The notes under the pieces are model-generated. The model searched no databases. It had not been told where the DNA came from and worked only from the letters and a program-made list of their open reading frames with translations. A stretch of DNA of 64,000 nucleotides, taken from positions 1,973-65,972 of the forward strand of contig JBFWVI010000008.1 in the NCBI GenBank assembly GCA_050246815.1, given 5' to 3'. A program made the position numbers and the translations under genes. The first letter of the stretch is position 1, and every line of letters begins with the position of its first letter. Below are positions 10,079-19,645 of this stretch, in pieces. The DNA comes from Bdellovibrionales bacterium. Its GTDB lineage: Bacteria > Bdellovibrionota > Bdellovibrionia > Bdellovibrionales > UBA1609.

Positions 10079-10813
10079 ATGAAACAAAAACGCCGGCGCA
10101 GTCGCAAAAAAAGATATCGGCACCTCTGGGTTGCTTTGGTGCTTGTGGGTCTGCTCGTGGGTCTCAAAATGAAACGCGATCACAACTTACGCCAAGCAAA
10201 TTTAGTTCCGCGGCCGCAATCGCTCAGGTCGACTTCGAATAACGCAATTAGCCAGTCGCCTTTGGATCACCAGACGGCCGGTTCTTCTTCGCAAGTTCGT
10301 GAACCCACGCAAGGCGAAGTGCTGATGGCCATTCGCGACAGTGTTAAGCCGATGCCCAACATGGCGCTGAATATCGCTTTGCCAGCACACATGACATTCA
10401 ACAGTTTGAGTTTGGGCAAAGGCAATTCTGGCAGCTACGCCTTCGATGCGAAAACCGGTGTGGGTATGGCCGTCGTGGCATTGGCGCAAAATTTAACTCC
10501 CGCGCAATTGATGAACCTGGTGCGCGCGCAAGAGAGCAAGCCTGAAATTCCGAATTTGCAAGGCGTGTTGGTTGGCAGCTTTTCACAGCCGCGCGAAGTG
10601 CCGGCGATTCAAGATAGCGGTTTGGCCCAAGCCCTAATTTGGAGCGGAAAAAATCGACAGGGCGCCGAGGTGCATATCGCCTATGCCCCTCGTTTGGATC
10701 AAAAAGGCGTTCACGTGATCATCATGTCGGGGAGCAAAGACTATTTTGATCAGAACGATGATTATCTAGATTACCTTTACCGCAATATGCGGGCGGGACC
10801 TCAAGCCAAATGA
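10079..10813 (+). CDS. Hypothetical membrane-anchored protein
   Basis: Basic N-terminus plus one TM helix; translationally coupled to the next gene. Confidence 0.65.
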   Translation: MKQKRRRSRKKRYRHLWVALVLVGLLVGLKMKRDHNLRQANLVPRPQSLRSTSNNAISQSPLDHQTAGSSSQVREPTQGEVLMAIRDSVKPMPNMALNIALPAHMTFNSLSLGKGNSGSYAFDAKTGVGMAVVALAQNLTPAQLMNLVRAQESKPEIPNLQGVLVGSFSQPREVPAIQDSGLAQALIWSGKNRQGAEVHIAYAPRLDQKGVHVIIMSGSKDYFDQNDDYLDYLYRNMRAGPQAK

Positions 10814-11502
10814 GGGCGAGCCCACGACCTTCGGAATTTTATTTACTCAGTTTCGCCGTTTCTGCCTGCAGCTTGATTTATGAATTTGTCATCGCTCAAA
10901 CGCTGGCGGCCGTTTGGGGCGGCACCTTGCTTTGCTACGCGTTGGTGATCGGTGGATTCACTTTGGCTATGGGGCTGGGATCCATGAGCGTCGCCCATGT
11001 GAAAGATCGGCAATCGGCGTGGTTTCAGCTGCTGCGGGTGGAAGTATTGCTGACCTTGGTCGGCACCTTGGGGCCTTGGTGTGTTTTGGCCCTGGACCCC
11101 GTGCATTGGCCAGAATCATTTTCGCTGGTGCTTAGGGTCGGTTCGTTCGCTCCATGTCTGGCGATTGGCTGGTACACGGGCAAGGAGTTGCCTTTGATGA
11201 TGGAGATTGTCACCAACCACTCCCAGGCGCTGAAAGTGATGGCCTGTGATTATTTGGGGATGTTTGCCGGCAGTCTTTTGTTTCCACTGTTGCTACTGCC
11301 GGAACTTGGGGTTTGGGGCACGGGCCTTTTAGTGGCGACGATTAACGCAGTCGCCGCGCTTTGGATCTTGTGGCGTGCGCCGCAAGCGATCGATCGACTA
11401 TGGGGATCGTTGCAAGCACTGCAGTTCATAGCGTTGCTGGTGGCGTGGACGCAGATCGACGGGCTGACCGATTTCGCGACAAGCTGGTTCATCCATGGTT
11501 AA
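10810..11502 (+). CDS. Membrane module of fused MFS-like/spermidine synthase family (stand-alone)
   Basis: ACSLIYE, AMGLGS, GKELPL and DYLGMFAGSLLFPLLLLP match the TM region of membrane-fused SpeE proteins. Confidence 0.75.
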   Translation: MRASPRPSEFYLLSFAVSACSLIYEFVIAQTLAAVWGGTLLCYALVIGGFTLAMGLGSMSVAHVKDRQSAWFQLLRVEVLLTLVGTLGPWCVLALDPVHWPESFSLVLRVGSFAPCLAIGWYTGKELPLMMEIVTNHSQALKVMACDYLGMFAGSLLFPLLLLPELGVWGTGLLVATINAVAALWILWRAPQAIDRLWGSLQALQFIALLVAWTQIDGLTDFATSWFIHG

Positions 11503-13117
11503 AGCAAAAAGTGTCGAATGGGCTTGGATCGGCGTCGCACTATCGCTTGGTGCATGCAGCATGAGCTACGAACTCTTGTTGGCGAAACTCATGGGCGAGT
11601 TATTTGGGCAAGAGGTTTTGTGCCAAAGTTTGACGGTGGGCACATTTTTGCTGGGACTTGGTTTTGGTTCGTGGCGTGCCTCGGATCGTGCCGGCGATTC
11701 TTCGCGCCAACTGGTCGGGATTGAACTTGGCTTGGCGGTTCTTGGGGCCACCGCGCCTCTTTTGATTATGACTTTAGTGACACTCACCAAAGTGTTGATT
11801 CCAGAATTTATTATTCAGAGCGAAGACCAGCAAATCTGGATGGTGCTGGGGTTGGCTTTTTTGCAGCCGCTGCCTTTTTTGATCGGTTGGTGGTCGGGTT
11901 GGGAGCTTCCGCTAATTATCAAAGCCAGCCAAGGCGTCAGTCACGCGCGAATATTGGCGGGCAGCTACTGGGGCGGAATGTTTGGCAGCTGGTTTGTTCC
12001 ATGGGCGGGGTGGCTGCACATGAGCGTGGCCCAAGCGGCCTGGCTGGTGGGCGCGGTGAATTGGGCCACGGCCTTTGTTCTATTGCTATGGCTGCTGCCA
12101 AACAAAAGCCGGGCGCTGTCGCACAGTTTGTTGGCATGGTTTGCGTTGCTGGCGGTGATTACCTTGCAGGCTCCTTTGCAGCGCGCTTATTTAGTGATTC
12201 ACTACGGCCAATACGCTTTAAACCATCTCAGCCAACCTGATGTTTCGATGCTTTGGCGCATTATTCAAAGGTCTCCGCCGGTGCAACGGGTGATTTCAAG
12301 TTATCAGAACATCGATCTTGTGGACGAAAGTTTTTTTAGCAGCATGGGACTGGTTGGTGATTTCACTTTGTATTTGAACAAAAAGCCCCAATTTTCAGCG
12401 AAGACCTTTCGCTCATATCACGAGTCCATGGTCTTGGGGGCGCTTAACTTGGCCAAAATCCAACCGCGTGAAGTCGTGATTTTTGGTGGTGGCGATGGTC
12501 TGATCGCGGCAGAGCTTTTAAAGCTTCCGTTTATCGAAAAGATCACGCTGATCGAACTGGATCCCGTGGTGATTCAGTTGGCCAAGCAAGACCCGCGTTT
12601 GTTGAAATTAAATGAAAGAAGCTTGTTTGATGCAAAGGTCGAAGTGATCATAGACGACGCCTTTCGCTTTTTGCGCGAACGTCAACAACCGTTGACGGCG
12701 GTCTTCATTGACTTCCCTTACCCCGACAGTTTTGACACCACCAAACTTTTTAGTCGTGAATTTTTTGGCTCACTGCTGTCTAAGTTGGATCCTGGTGGAT
12801 TCGCCGTTTTGGACGCGCCGTTTTGGCGGGTGCTGAGCGAAGACATGGTAACCCCGCGACCTTGGCCGCAGGATCTATTACTAAGCACCATTCAAGCGGC
12901 GGGTATCAAAAACTATTTATTATTCGGCCCGATCGAGCCGTTTTTGTACATTGCGACCGACGCAGATGTAAAATTACGCTTTGATTATTCCCTGCTGCCG
13001 GCCACCATCGAATCGCGCAGTTTGGTGAATATGACCGACATCCGGCACTTGCTCGAAGATACGGAAATACGACCGGAGTATGTGAATTCCATTTTTAAAC
13101 CCAGAAGGTGGCGATGA
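11495..13117 (+). CDS. Membrane-fused spermidine synthase-like (aminopropyl/methyl-transferase fold) protein
   Basis: TM N-half; SSYQNI, YHESMV, IFGGGDG, IELDP, DDAFRFL and DFPYP motifs. Confidence 0.8.
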   Translation: MVKAKSVEWAWIGVALSLGACSMSYELLLAKLMGELFGQEVLCQSLTVGTFLLGLGFGSWRASDRAGDSSRQLVGIELGLAVLGATAPLLIMTLVTLTKVLIPEFIIQSEDQQIWMVLGLAFLQPLPFLIGWWSGWELPLIIKASQGVSHARILAGSYWGGMFGSWFVPWAGWLHMSVAQAAWLVGAVNWATAFVLLLWLLPNKSRALSHSLLAWFALLAVITLQAPLQRAYLVIHYGQYALNHLSQPDVSMLWRIIQRSPPVQRVISSYQNIDLVDESFFSSMGLVGDFTLYLNKKPQFSAKTFRSYHESMVLGALNLAKIQPREVVIFGGGDGLIAAELLKLPFIEKITLIELDPVVIQLAKQDPRLLKLNERSLFDAKVEVIIDDAFRFLRERQQPLTAVFIDFPYPDSFDTTKLFSREFFGSLLSKLDPGGFAVLDAPFWRVLSEDMVTPRPWPQDLLLSTIQAAGIKNYLLFGPIEPFLYIATDADVKLRFDYSLLPATIESRSLVNMTDIRHLLEDTEIRPEYVNSIFKPRRWR

Positions 13118-13977
13118 GCGAATTCAGTCGCAGACAACTGTTGCGCTATTTTTGGCTTTGCGGTTTGTCTTATCAAGCCGATGCAATTCCAATCGGCGGC
13201 ATATTGGGCAATCAAAACCCCCAGCACGCGCGCTTTGTGGCGCTTCGCTATTGGGATTGGTATCAAAAAGAATTTTTCCCGTTCCAAAAACATCTGGCAC
13301 AAGACGAGCAGGGCTTGATCAAACAAGGACTTGCCAGTTTGCCCAATTGGAACGAATTATTTTCGCCAATGCAGGGGATTGACCGATTTTTGGTCAGCCA
13401 TCGCTTACAGGGTGGGCACGCGACTCATGGGCGGGTGGCGATCCATGTGGGCGCCGAGCTTCAAGCAGCCATGCGCACGATCTGCAAAAGGCAAGGTGTG
13501 TCGGCCTCATTTTTTGATCAGGGCGGACAGGTGTACGGCCTGGGCTGGGATTGCGATGCCGACCTCTTCAAGATTTATTTACGCTATGATTCGCGCCAAC
13601 AAATCCAAAATCAATCGATCAAAAGTTTAGAGAAAAATGCGGCCCACGAGAGCGAAGGCGATTTTTATCCGGTGCGGTTTTCAAGCCTGCGTTTTAAAAG
13701 GGGCCAGCTTTTAGAAAAAAGACTTTATCGCGTGGCGCGTGGGATTTCGTCCGCGGTGCGCGGGATCGCGAAGTTCGGTCCGCACATTTTACAAGTGACG
13801 CAAATTTTTAGTGATCAGGGGTTGCGGCCGGCCCACTGGCGTTTGTTGAATTTTCCGTCGCTGGGCCTGCCCGAGCAAGCGGAACTCGCGTTTATTAAGC
13901 AAGAAAAAGAGTTTCGTTTCGCCGCGGATTCCGTACGTTATCAGGATCCGCAAAATATCACGGTCTATTACCCTTGA
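13114..13977 (+). CDS. Hypothetical protein with possible Tat signal
   Basis: MSEFSRRQLL...ADA N-terminus; ATGA coupling to the previous gene. Confidence 0.6.
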   Translation: MSEFSRRQLLRYFWLCGLSYQADAIPIGGILGNQNPQHARFVALRYWDWYQKEFFPFQKHLAQDEQGLIKQGLASLPNWNELFSPMQGIDRFLVSHRLQGGHATHGRVAIHVGAELQAAMRTICKRQGVSASFFDQGGQVYGLGWDCDADLFKIYLRYDSRQQIQNQSIKSLEKNAAHESEGDFYPVRFSSLRFKRGQLLEKRLYRVARGISSAVRGIAKFGPHILQVTQIFSDQGLRPAHWRLLNFPSLGLPEQAELAFIKQEKEFRFAADSVRYQDPQNITVYYP

Positions 13978-15004
13978 GTTTTTGAATGACCCAATCGGTC
14001 GCTTTGGTTAAGGTGTTCACCAGGGGCAGCAAAACCAAAAAATAAGCGTTCAAGATCCACGGACTCGATAGCAAAACATCGGTGAAAAAACCGAAAAAGT
14101 AATAAACGAAAATGTGCACGATAAAGGCGATACCTAATTTTTTCGCCAAGTGGGTGTGTGACACCCATTGAAAGCGCGGATGGCGCTCAAAAAATTGTTG
14201 CACTTCAATCGCTGTCGCCAGCCGCAGCAAAAACAAAACCGGCAACATTTGGAACCAAAAATCCAAAGACGAGCGGCTGAACACATAGCAATAAAACTTG
14301 TAACTCATCGGCGGATCCGCGTAGGCGCCCCAGTTGTAAAAACAAACCGCCAGCACCGGTAGCCAAGCGATCAGTTCGCGCCGTCCCTTAAAGGCATGAT
14401 TCGCGCTCAAGTGTCCCCAGGCGTACATCACCCAGGATAAACCGATCCATGGCAGCAGATGCCAACCCCCGCGCCCGTCGTATTCGCAATGACCAGTCCA
14501 GATACGACGGGTCTGCACAGACAACTGAAGTTGATCGGCCACCAAATCCCAAGGCACGAAGTACAGCACTGCCCCGACCGTGCCCAGGGGCCAAACCCAT
14601 TTTGGATTTTTGGTGCAAACGTAAGTGCAAAGCAGGGTGATCAGCAAATAATGATAGATGTCCCATTCCACCCAGAGTGATTGAAGCCGAAAGCCCCCTT
14701 CGGAAAAGCTGACGAACAAACAGCTAAAGGCAACCAGGATAATTAAATTGACCAAGCGTACGCGACCCTTTTTGTAGCCAGCCAAAAAAGAAAAAATCGC
14801 CAGCACGGCGAAACCAGCATAGGTCAGCGTGCGAAAAGTATAATAGTACCAGTCCCACAAAACGGCGTGGCCGGTGGGCCAAACGATGTCGTGGCTTAAG
14901 TCTTCCCAAAGAATGGCGTAGCTGTCGTACCAAATGATTAGGCTTAAAAACAAAACCTTGATGATGTCGACCAAATACAGTCGGGACTTTGTGGGCACAT
15001 CCAT
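13958..15004 (-). CDS. Polytopic membrane protein, possible acyltransferase (HGSNAT/DUF1624-like)
   Basis: SRLYLVDIIK N-terminus and WHLLPWIG; many TM helices. Confidence 0.5.
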   Translation of the reverse strand: MDVPTKSRLYLVDIIKVLFLSLIIWYDSYAILWEDLSHDIVWPTGHAVLWDWYYYTFRTLTYAGFAVLAIFSFLAGYKKGRVRLVNLIILVAFSCLFVSFSEGGFRLQSLWVEWDIYHYLLITLLCTYVCTKNPKWVWPLGTVGAVLYFVPWDLVADQLQLSVQTRRIWTGHCEYDGRGGWHLLPWIGLSWVMYAWGHLSANHAFKGRRELIAWLPVLAVCFYNWGAYADPPMSYKFYCYVFSRSSLDFWFQMLPVLFLLRLATAIEVQQFFERHPRFQWVSHTHLAKKLGIAFIVHIFVYYFFGFFTDVLLSSPWILNAYFLVLLPLVNTLTKATDWVIQKLKGNRP

Positions 15005-15200
15005 TGATTGATAGCCTAATCAGCGAAAGCAAGGCTGACAACGATCCAGACTATGGTCTGGTGAAACCAGGACTATGGTCGCAATTGATTGGCTCAGTTC
15101 AAGTCGTTCACGCTGTCTCCCGATGAGAATATCAGCCAGGAAGGCATGAACAGTTCGCGACCCAAGGATGGAGCGCAAGAAATCCCACGGAGGGAATTCT

Positions 15201-15782
15201 ATGCGGCTTTTCGCTTTTTTATTTGCGGCCGTGATCACCACGGAAATGGTCCACGCCGAAGAAATTCAAATTTTCGATATGCGCAAAAGTTTGGCGCTGT
15301 CGGATCAAGAACCTGTCTATCGCGATTTCTATTTGTCGCGGGGACTGGAGGCCGGCCTGCGTCCCGGCATGATCCTGACCGTGAAACGCCGTCAACCCCT
15401 TTACGACGGCATACACAACCGCTCGGCCGGAGATTTGGGGCTGGTGGTGGCACGAATCAAAATCATTCACGCCGAAAAAGGTTTGGCCGTGGCTCGCCAC
15501 CATTCCGGCTTTAACCGTGATGACCTGCCACTTTTGGAAGACAATTACATCATGATTGGCGATGAGGTCGATTTGAGCTCGGCCACGACGGAAAGCAAAG
15601 CCAAGGGTCAGAAGAAGGCCGAAGAAAAATCAGAAGAGGTTCAACCCACTGCCGACTCTCAAGACAGTGCTGAAAAACCGCCACAAACCGCCGCCTTAAA
15701 TCAAAATGGCGTTGATTTTGCCTCTCAAGCCCCGGATAACAGCCTGAAAGCCCAACCCATTGATGGGCCCACGGTGCAGTAA
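15201..15782 (+). CDS. Exported hypothetical protein
   Basis: Signal peptide MRLFAFLFAA...VHA; GGAGG RBS before ATG 15201. Confidence 0.7.
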   Translation: MRLFAFLFAAVITTEMVHAEEIQIFDMRKSLALSDQEPVYRDFYLSRGLEAGLRPGMILTVKRRQPLYDGIHNRSAGDLGLVVARIKIIHAEKGLAVARHHSGFNRDDLPLLEDNYIMIGDEVDLSSATTESKAKGQKKAEEKSEEVQPTADSQDSAEKPPQTAALNQNGVDFASQAPDNSLKAQPIDGPTVQ

Positions 15783-15809
15783 CCAACCTGCGTCGTCAGG
15801 TGAGGTGCC

Positions 15810-16697
15810 GTGAGTTCTGAAAAATACTTTCGTCTTCAGTTGCAAAACGTTCGGCGTGACCAGGAAGAAATGGTCACGCTTTGGTGCTTTGATCATGGGG
15901 CAGAAGGCCTAGCCGAAAACTTGCCCTTTCGCCAAAATCCGGAAGATTATTCGGTTGAACTGTTGCCGGCCGACACGTTGTCGATAGATGCTTTTTTCTC
16001 TGCGCCCTTAGCCGCCAACGATTTAGATAATCTGAAGGCCCGCTTTGCGGACGTGATTGTTTCTTTGAATGAAGAGCAGGTGCAGGATTGGATGGCCGAG
16101 TGGAAGAAGGGTTTTACGCCGTTCCCTTTGGTGGACGGGGTATGGGTCTTACCGCACTGGTTGCCCCGCCCGGCTGAGGCCAAGCAAGTGATTTTGATGG
16201 AGCCCGGCATGGCCTTTGGCACGGGCACTCACGAGACCACAAAGCTTGCGGCGCAGTTGTTGGCGGATGCACTTCGCACCCGCCCCGGTGCTCGGGTTTT
16301 AGATGTGGGCACCGGAACCGGCATTTTGGCGATCTTGGCCAAGCTTCTTGGGGCACGTGAAGTGGTGGCCACGGACATCGATCCCGAGGCCGTGCGAGTG
16401 GCTGAAGAAAATTTTGAACTCAACCGACAAACGCAAATTCCGGTCAGCAATAAAACACTGGATCAGTTGGACGGCGAATTCGACGTAGTGGTGGCCAACA
16501 TCATCGATGGCGTTTTGGCCGCCTTGCAATCGGGTTTAAAAAGGCGTACAGCCCCAGGCGGAGCGCTGGTGCTTTCGGGCATTATTGACGAACGACTGGC
16601 GGGATTTCGCGAGCGTTTTAAGCCCGAGCCCCTGCGACTGACCAAAGAGCAGCGTCTGAATGAGTGGCACGGCTGGTTGGTGGAGCGTCCACGATGA
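15810..16697 (+). CDS. prmA: Ribosomal protein L11 methyltransferase
   Basis: PGMAFGTGTHETT, VLDVGTGTGILAI, VVANI and LSGI motifs. Confidence 0.95.
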   Translation: MSSEKYFRLQLQNVRRDQEEMVTLWCFDHGAEGLAENLPFRQNPEDYSVELLPADTLSIDAFFSAPLAANDLDNLKARFADVIVSLNEEQVQDWMAEWKKGFTPFPLVDGVWVLPHWLPRPAEAKQVILMEPGMAFGTGTHETTKLAAQLLADALRTRPGARVLDVGTGTGILAILAKLLGAREVVATDIDPEAVRVAEENFELNRQTQIPVSNKTLDQLDGEFDVVVANIIDGVLAALQSGLKRRTAPGGALVLSGIIDERLAGFRERFKPEPLRLTKEQRLNEWHGWLVERPR

Positions 16698-17455
16698 GGC
16701 GCTTTTGGCTGGAGCCACAAAACTGGGATCAAGAGCAATTGCAAGTGAGTGGCGAGCTCTTTCATCACTTGATCGATGTTTGCCGTTTTGAGGTCGGCGA
16801 CAAGTTTGAATTGCTCAGTACGGGCCAGGCCGTCTTTGTTGAAATTTTAAGCGTCGACAAGCGCCATGCGCAGCTGCGCCGTCTTGAGGTGCGCCAGATT
16901 GGCCAGATGCCAAAGCCCCACATTCATTTGGCACTTTCGGTACCGCGTTTTGCAAAGGTCGATTGGATTGTGGAAAAGTCCGTGGAACTTGGTATTCATG
17001 AAATTCATCCTTTTGTTTCGGACCACAGTTTTGTGCGCGATCCGGCCCAAGTGCCTGCCGCCAAGGTGGCTCGTTGGCGAAAGCTGGTACAGCAAGCCAG
17101 CCAGCAATCGGGACGTGGTGAATTGATGGGTGTCGCGCAAACAACCACCCTCCAGGCGTTGCTCACCCAGGTTAACCAAAAGCCCAAGACATTGTGTCTA
17201 TTCCCTTTTGAAGGGGAGTGCGAACTCACCCTTAAGCAGCGCCTAAAAGGCTTAAAACCCACAGATTTCGAGGAAATATGGGTTTTTGTGGGGTCCGAAG
17301 GAGGCTTTTCGCGGGCCGAGGTCGAAAGTTTCAAAGTGGCCCAAATCGCCCCGGTCAGTTTAGGCGCCCAGGTGCTGCGAGTCGAAACGGCTTGCTTGGC
17401 CCTGGCCAGCATCCTAAAGTATGAATTCGAGGTGGTGGAGCATGGATCCATTTGA
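16694..17455 (+). CDS. rsmE: 16S rRNA m3U1498 methyltransferase
   Basis: EKSVELG, QQSGR, VGSEGGFS and SLGAQVLRVETA motifs; start at ATG 16694. Confidence 0.95.
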   Translation: MRRFWLEPQNWDQEQLQVSGELFHHLIDVCRFEVGDKFELLSTGQAVFVEILSVDKRHAQLRRLEVRQIGQMPKPHIHLALSVPRFAKVDWIVEKSVELGIHEIHPFVSDHSFVRDPAQVPAAKVARWRKLVQQASQQSGRGELMGVAQTTTLQALLTQVNQKPKTLCLFPFEGECELTLKQRLKGLKPTDFEEIWVFVGSEGGFSRAEVESFKVAQIAPVSLGAQVLRVETACLALASILKYEFEVVEHGSI

Positions 17456-18341
17456 AGAATTTGAAATCAAGCCGTTATCCGAAGGTTTAGGCTTCCACAA
17501 AAAAAGTGTGCCTTTGTCCGAGCAGGTGAAAAAATCGGGCCTGGCTGAAGCCTACTCGGTGCAAATTCCGTCTTTAACCCAAGCCGACAAAGAAAAGCTG
17601 CAATCAAATACTTCGTCAAAACCACAGGCTTTTGCTGATTTGCTGAAAGCGCTTGAGTCGCCCGCCAGTGCCCGCGCGCCAGCGCCCATGCGGCCGATGG
17701 TGCCGGCACCCGTCGCCGCGTCTGAATTGATGATCACCGAGCCTTTGCCGGCTCCGGGAACGGCTAAAAAGAAAGCTGTTGAAGTGGAAATTCCGCGTCC
17801 GCAAGGGCCCGAGTTTCCAACCTTAAACCCCGCCCGCCCAAGCAACACCACGCCGCTTTCAAAGGTGGTTGAAAACGTCGGGCTAAAGCGCGGCGCTGCG
17901 GATTCGCCCATGCGCATGCTGGAACGTGCCTCAGTCTCGATCCCCTCTGCAGTTTTGGATGGCGTAGTGGTCTTTGCGCTGTCACTGATGTTCTTGGTCA
18001 CGCTGATGACCATCACCAAAGTGGATTTGGCCGCCCTGGTTTTCCAAGTGGGCATGGATGTGCCGACCAAAGTGGCTTTTGGTGTTTTGTTTGCCTCGGT
18101 TTTGTTGATGTACATCGTGGTTGTGCGCAGCTTTTATGGCCGCACTTTAGGTGAGTGGACTTTTGACCATCAAATGGGCGATGACCAACAGCAGATGCAG
18201 GCCCTTTACCCTGTGCAGGTGATGTGGCGCGCGGTTTTGATCATGGCCACCGGCGTGATCACGATCCCGTTGTTGTCGATGATCTTTGGCCGCGACTTGC
18301 TGGCGCCGCTGACCGGCTTGCAACTTTACCGCAGTCGATAG
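17442..18341 (+). CDS. RDD-family membrane protein
   Basis: Disordered N-half; C-terminal TM domain with AVLDG and GRTLGEW. Confidence 0.7.
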   Translation: MDPFEEFEIKPLSEGLGFHKKSVPLSEQVKKSGLAEAYSVQIPSLTQADKEKLQSNTSSKPQAFADLLKALESPASARAPAPMRPMVPAPVAASELMITEPLPAPGTAKKKAVEVEIPRPQGPEFPTLNPARPSNTTPLSKVVENVGLKRGAADSPMRMLERASVSIPSAVLDGVVVFALSLMFLVTLMTITKVDLAALVFQVGMDVPTKVAFGVLFASVLLMYIVVVRSFYGRTLGEWTFDHQMGDDQQQMQALYPVQVMWRAVLIMATGVITIPLLSMIFGRDLLAPLTGLQLYRSR

Positions 18342-18356
18342 ATCTTTTAAGTTCAA

Positions 18357-18824
18357 ATGGGCCAAGCGCTTGCTTTACCAGAACTTTTGAAACAATTGAC
18401 GGCGACCCGAAAAGGTCGCCGCGTCGTTTTTACAAATGGCTGCTTCGATATTTTGCACGTGGGCCATGTGCGCTACCTGCAAGAGGCCCGGGCGCTTGGC
18501 GATCTTTTGGTTTTGGGCTTGAACAGCGATGCCAGCGTGAAGAAGCTTAAAGGCGAAGCCCGGCCCGTACAAAATGAAGCGGATCGCAGTGAAATTCTGG
18601 CCAGCCTTGGGTGCGTGGATTACGTGGTGATTTTTGGTGAGGAAACCCCGTTGGAATTGATCAAACAAGTTTCCCCCGACATTCTTGTGAAGGGTGGCGA
18701 TTGGCCCATCGATAAAATTGTCGGAGCCAAAGAGATTTTGGCCAAAGGTGGTCAGGTCAAATCGCTCAAGTTTCATCCCGGTCGCAGCACCACTTCGATC
18801 CTCGAAAAAATTCAGAAGCTTTAG
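18357..18824 (+). CDS. rfaE2: D-glycero-beta-D-manno-heptose 1-phosphate adenylyltransferase
   Basis: VFTNGCFDILHVGHVRYL, LNSDASV, LVKGGDW and STTSI motifs. Confidence 0.93.
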   Translation: MGQALALPELLKQLTATRKGRRVVFTNGCFDILHVGHVRYLQEARALGDLLVLGLNSDASVKKLKGEARPVQNEADRSEILASLGCVDYVVIFGEETPLELIKQVSPDILVKGGDWPIDKIVGAKEILAKGGQVKSLKFHPGRSTTSILEKIQKL

Positions 18825-18843
18825 TCGAAACGTTGCCGCGCAC

Positions 18844-18980
18844 TTAAGTATTTTGGTGAGTGCGGCCATGACGTATTGCAAATGTGACGATAATTCCCAC
18901 AACGGCGCCAAGCTTGATGATCAAACGGTACTTAAGCCGACCGCCTCAAGAACCTTAGAATGCTTCAAAGTGTCAAACAT
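18844..18980 (-). pseudogene. Internally deleted, frameshifted DUF1640/CCDC90-family remnant
   Basis: Manual translation: GGAG RBS, MFDTLKHSKVLEAVGL, then in another frame YRLIIKLGAVVGIIV; matches the head and tail of 27877-28413. Confidence 0.7.
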
Positions 18981-19090
18981 CGCCAGTCTCCTTTTATGGT
19001 TGGTAACTGCAAATCGAAAATCGGATTCGCGATGCCCTAATTTGATAAGAGCAGGTTTATTTGCGCGGCTTTCGGAGGGTGTATCCGACT

Positions 19091-19645
19091 TCAGGCTTTC
19101 GTCTTTTGATCCGCATTGCGTTCAAAAATAAAAAATTCAAGATTTTGCTGCAGAACTTTGTCGAGTTTATTTATTTTTCTTGAAAATTGGAAACCGGCTT
19201 TGCGCAGCACTTGGATGGACGCATGATTGTCCGGATCGGTCAGGGCGACAATTTGTTTTAGACCTAAGTTTTGAAAGCCATGCTCAATCAGTGCCTTCGC
19301 GATCTCTGTGGCGTATCCCTGGCCCCAGTATTTTTTCATGATCATAAAGCCGAGTTCTGGAAACTCGAATTCAGTTCGTATCAGCATGAACCAGCCGACG
19401 AATTCGTTTGAGTTTTCTAGCTCCGCCACCCAAATCCCAAGTGGCTCGCGGGAAGTCGCTTTTTCAATCGTACTTGTAAGTCGGGCTTCGGTTTGCGCCA
19501 AGGTCTGCGGCACTCGATAGCCTGTGAACTTGGTGATCAACGGGTCAGATTCAAGCTGATTCATCGAGCTCAAATCGGATAGACGCGGGCGGCGAAGGTG
19601 AGTTCGTTTTGTATGAATGGAAGACTTTGCTGACGTTGTGTTCAA
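19091..19645 (-). CDS. GNAT (RimJ/RimL-type) acetyltransferase
   Basis: ELGF...YWGQGYATE...NHASIQVLRKAGF. Confidence 0.9.
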   Translation of the reverse strand: MNTTSAKSSIHTKRTHLRRPRLSDLSSMNQLESDPLITKFTGYRVPQTLAQTEARLTSTIEKATSREPLGIWVAELENSNEFVGWFMLIRTEFEFPELGFMIMKKYWGQGYATEIAKALIEHGFQNLGLKQIVALTDPDNHASIQVLRKAGFQFSRKINKLDKVLQQNLEFFIFERNADQKTKA

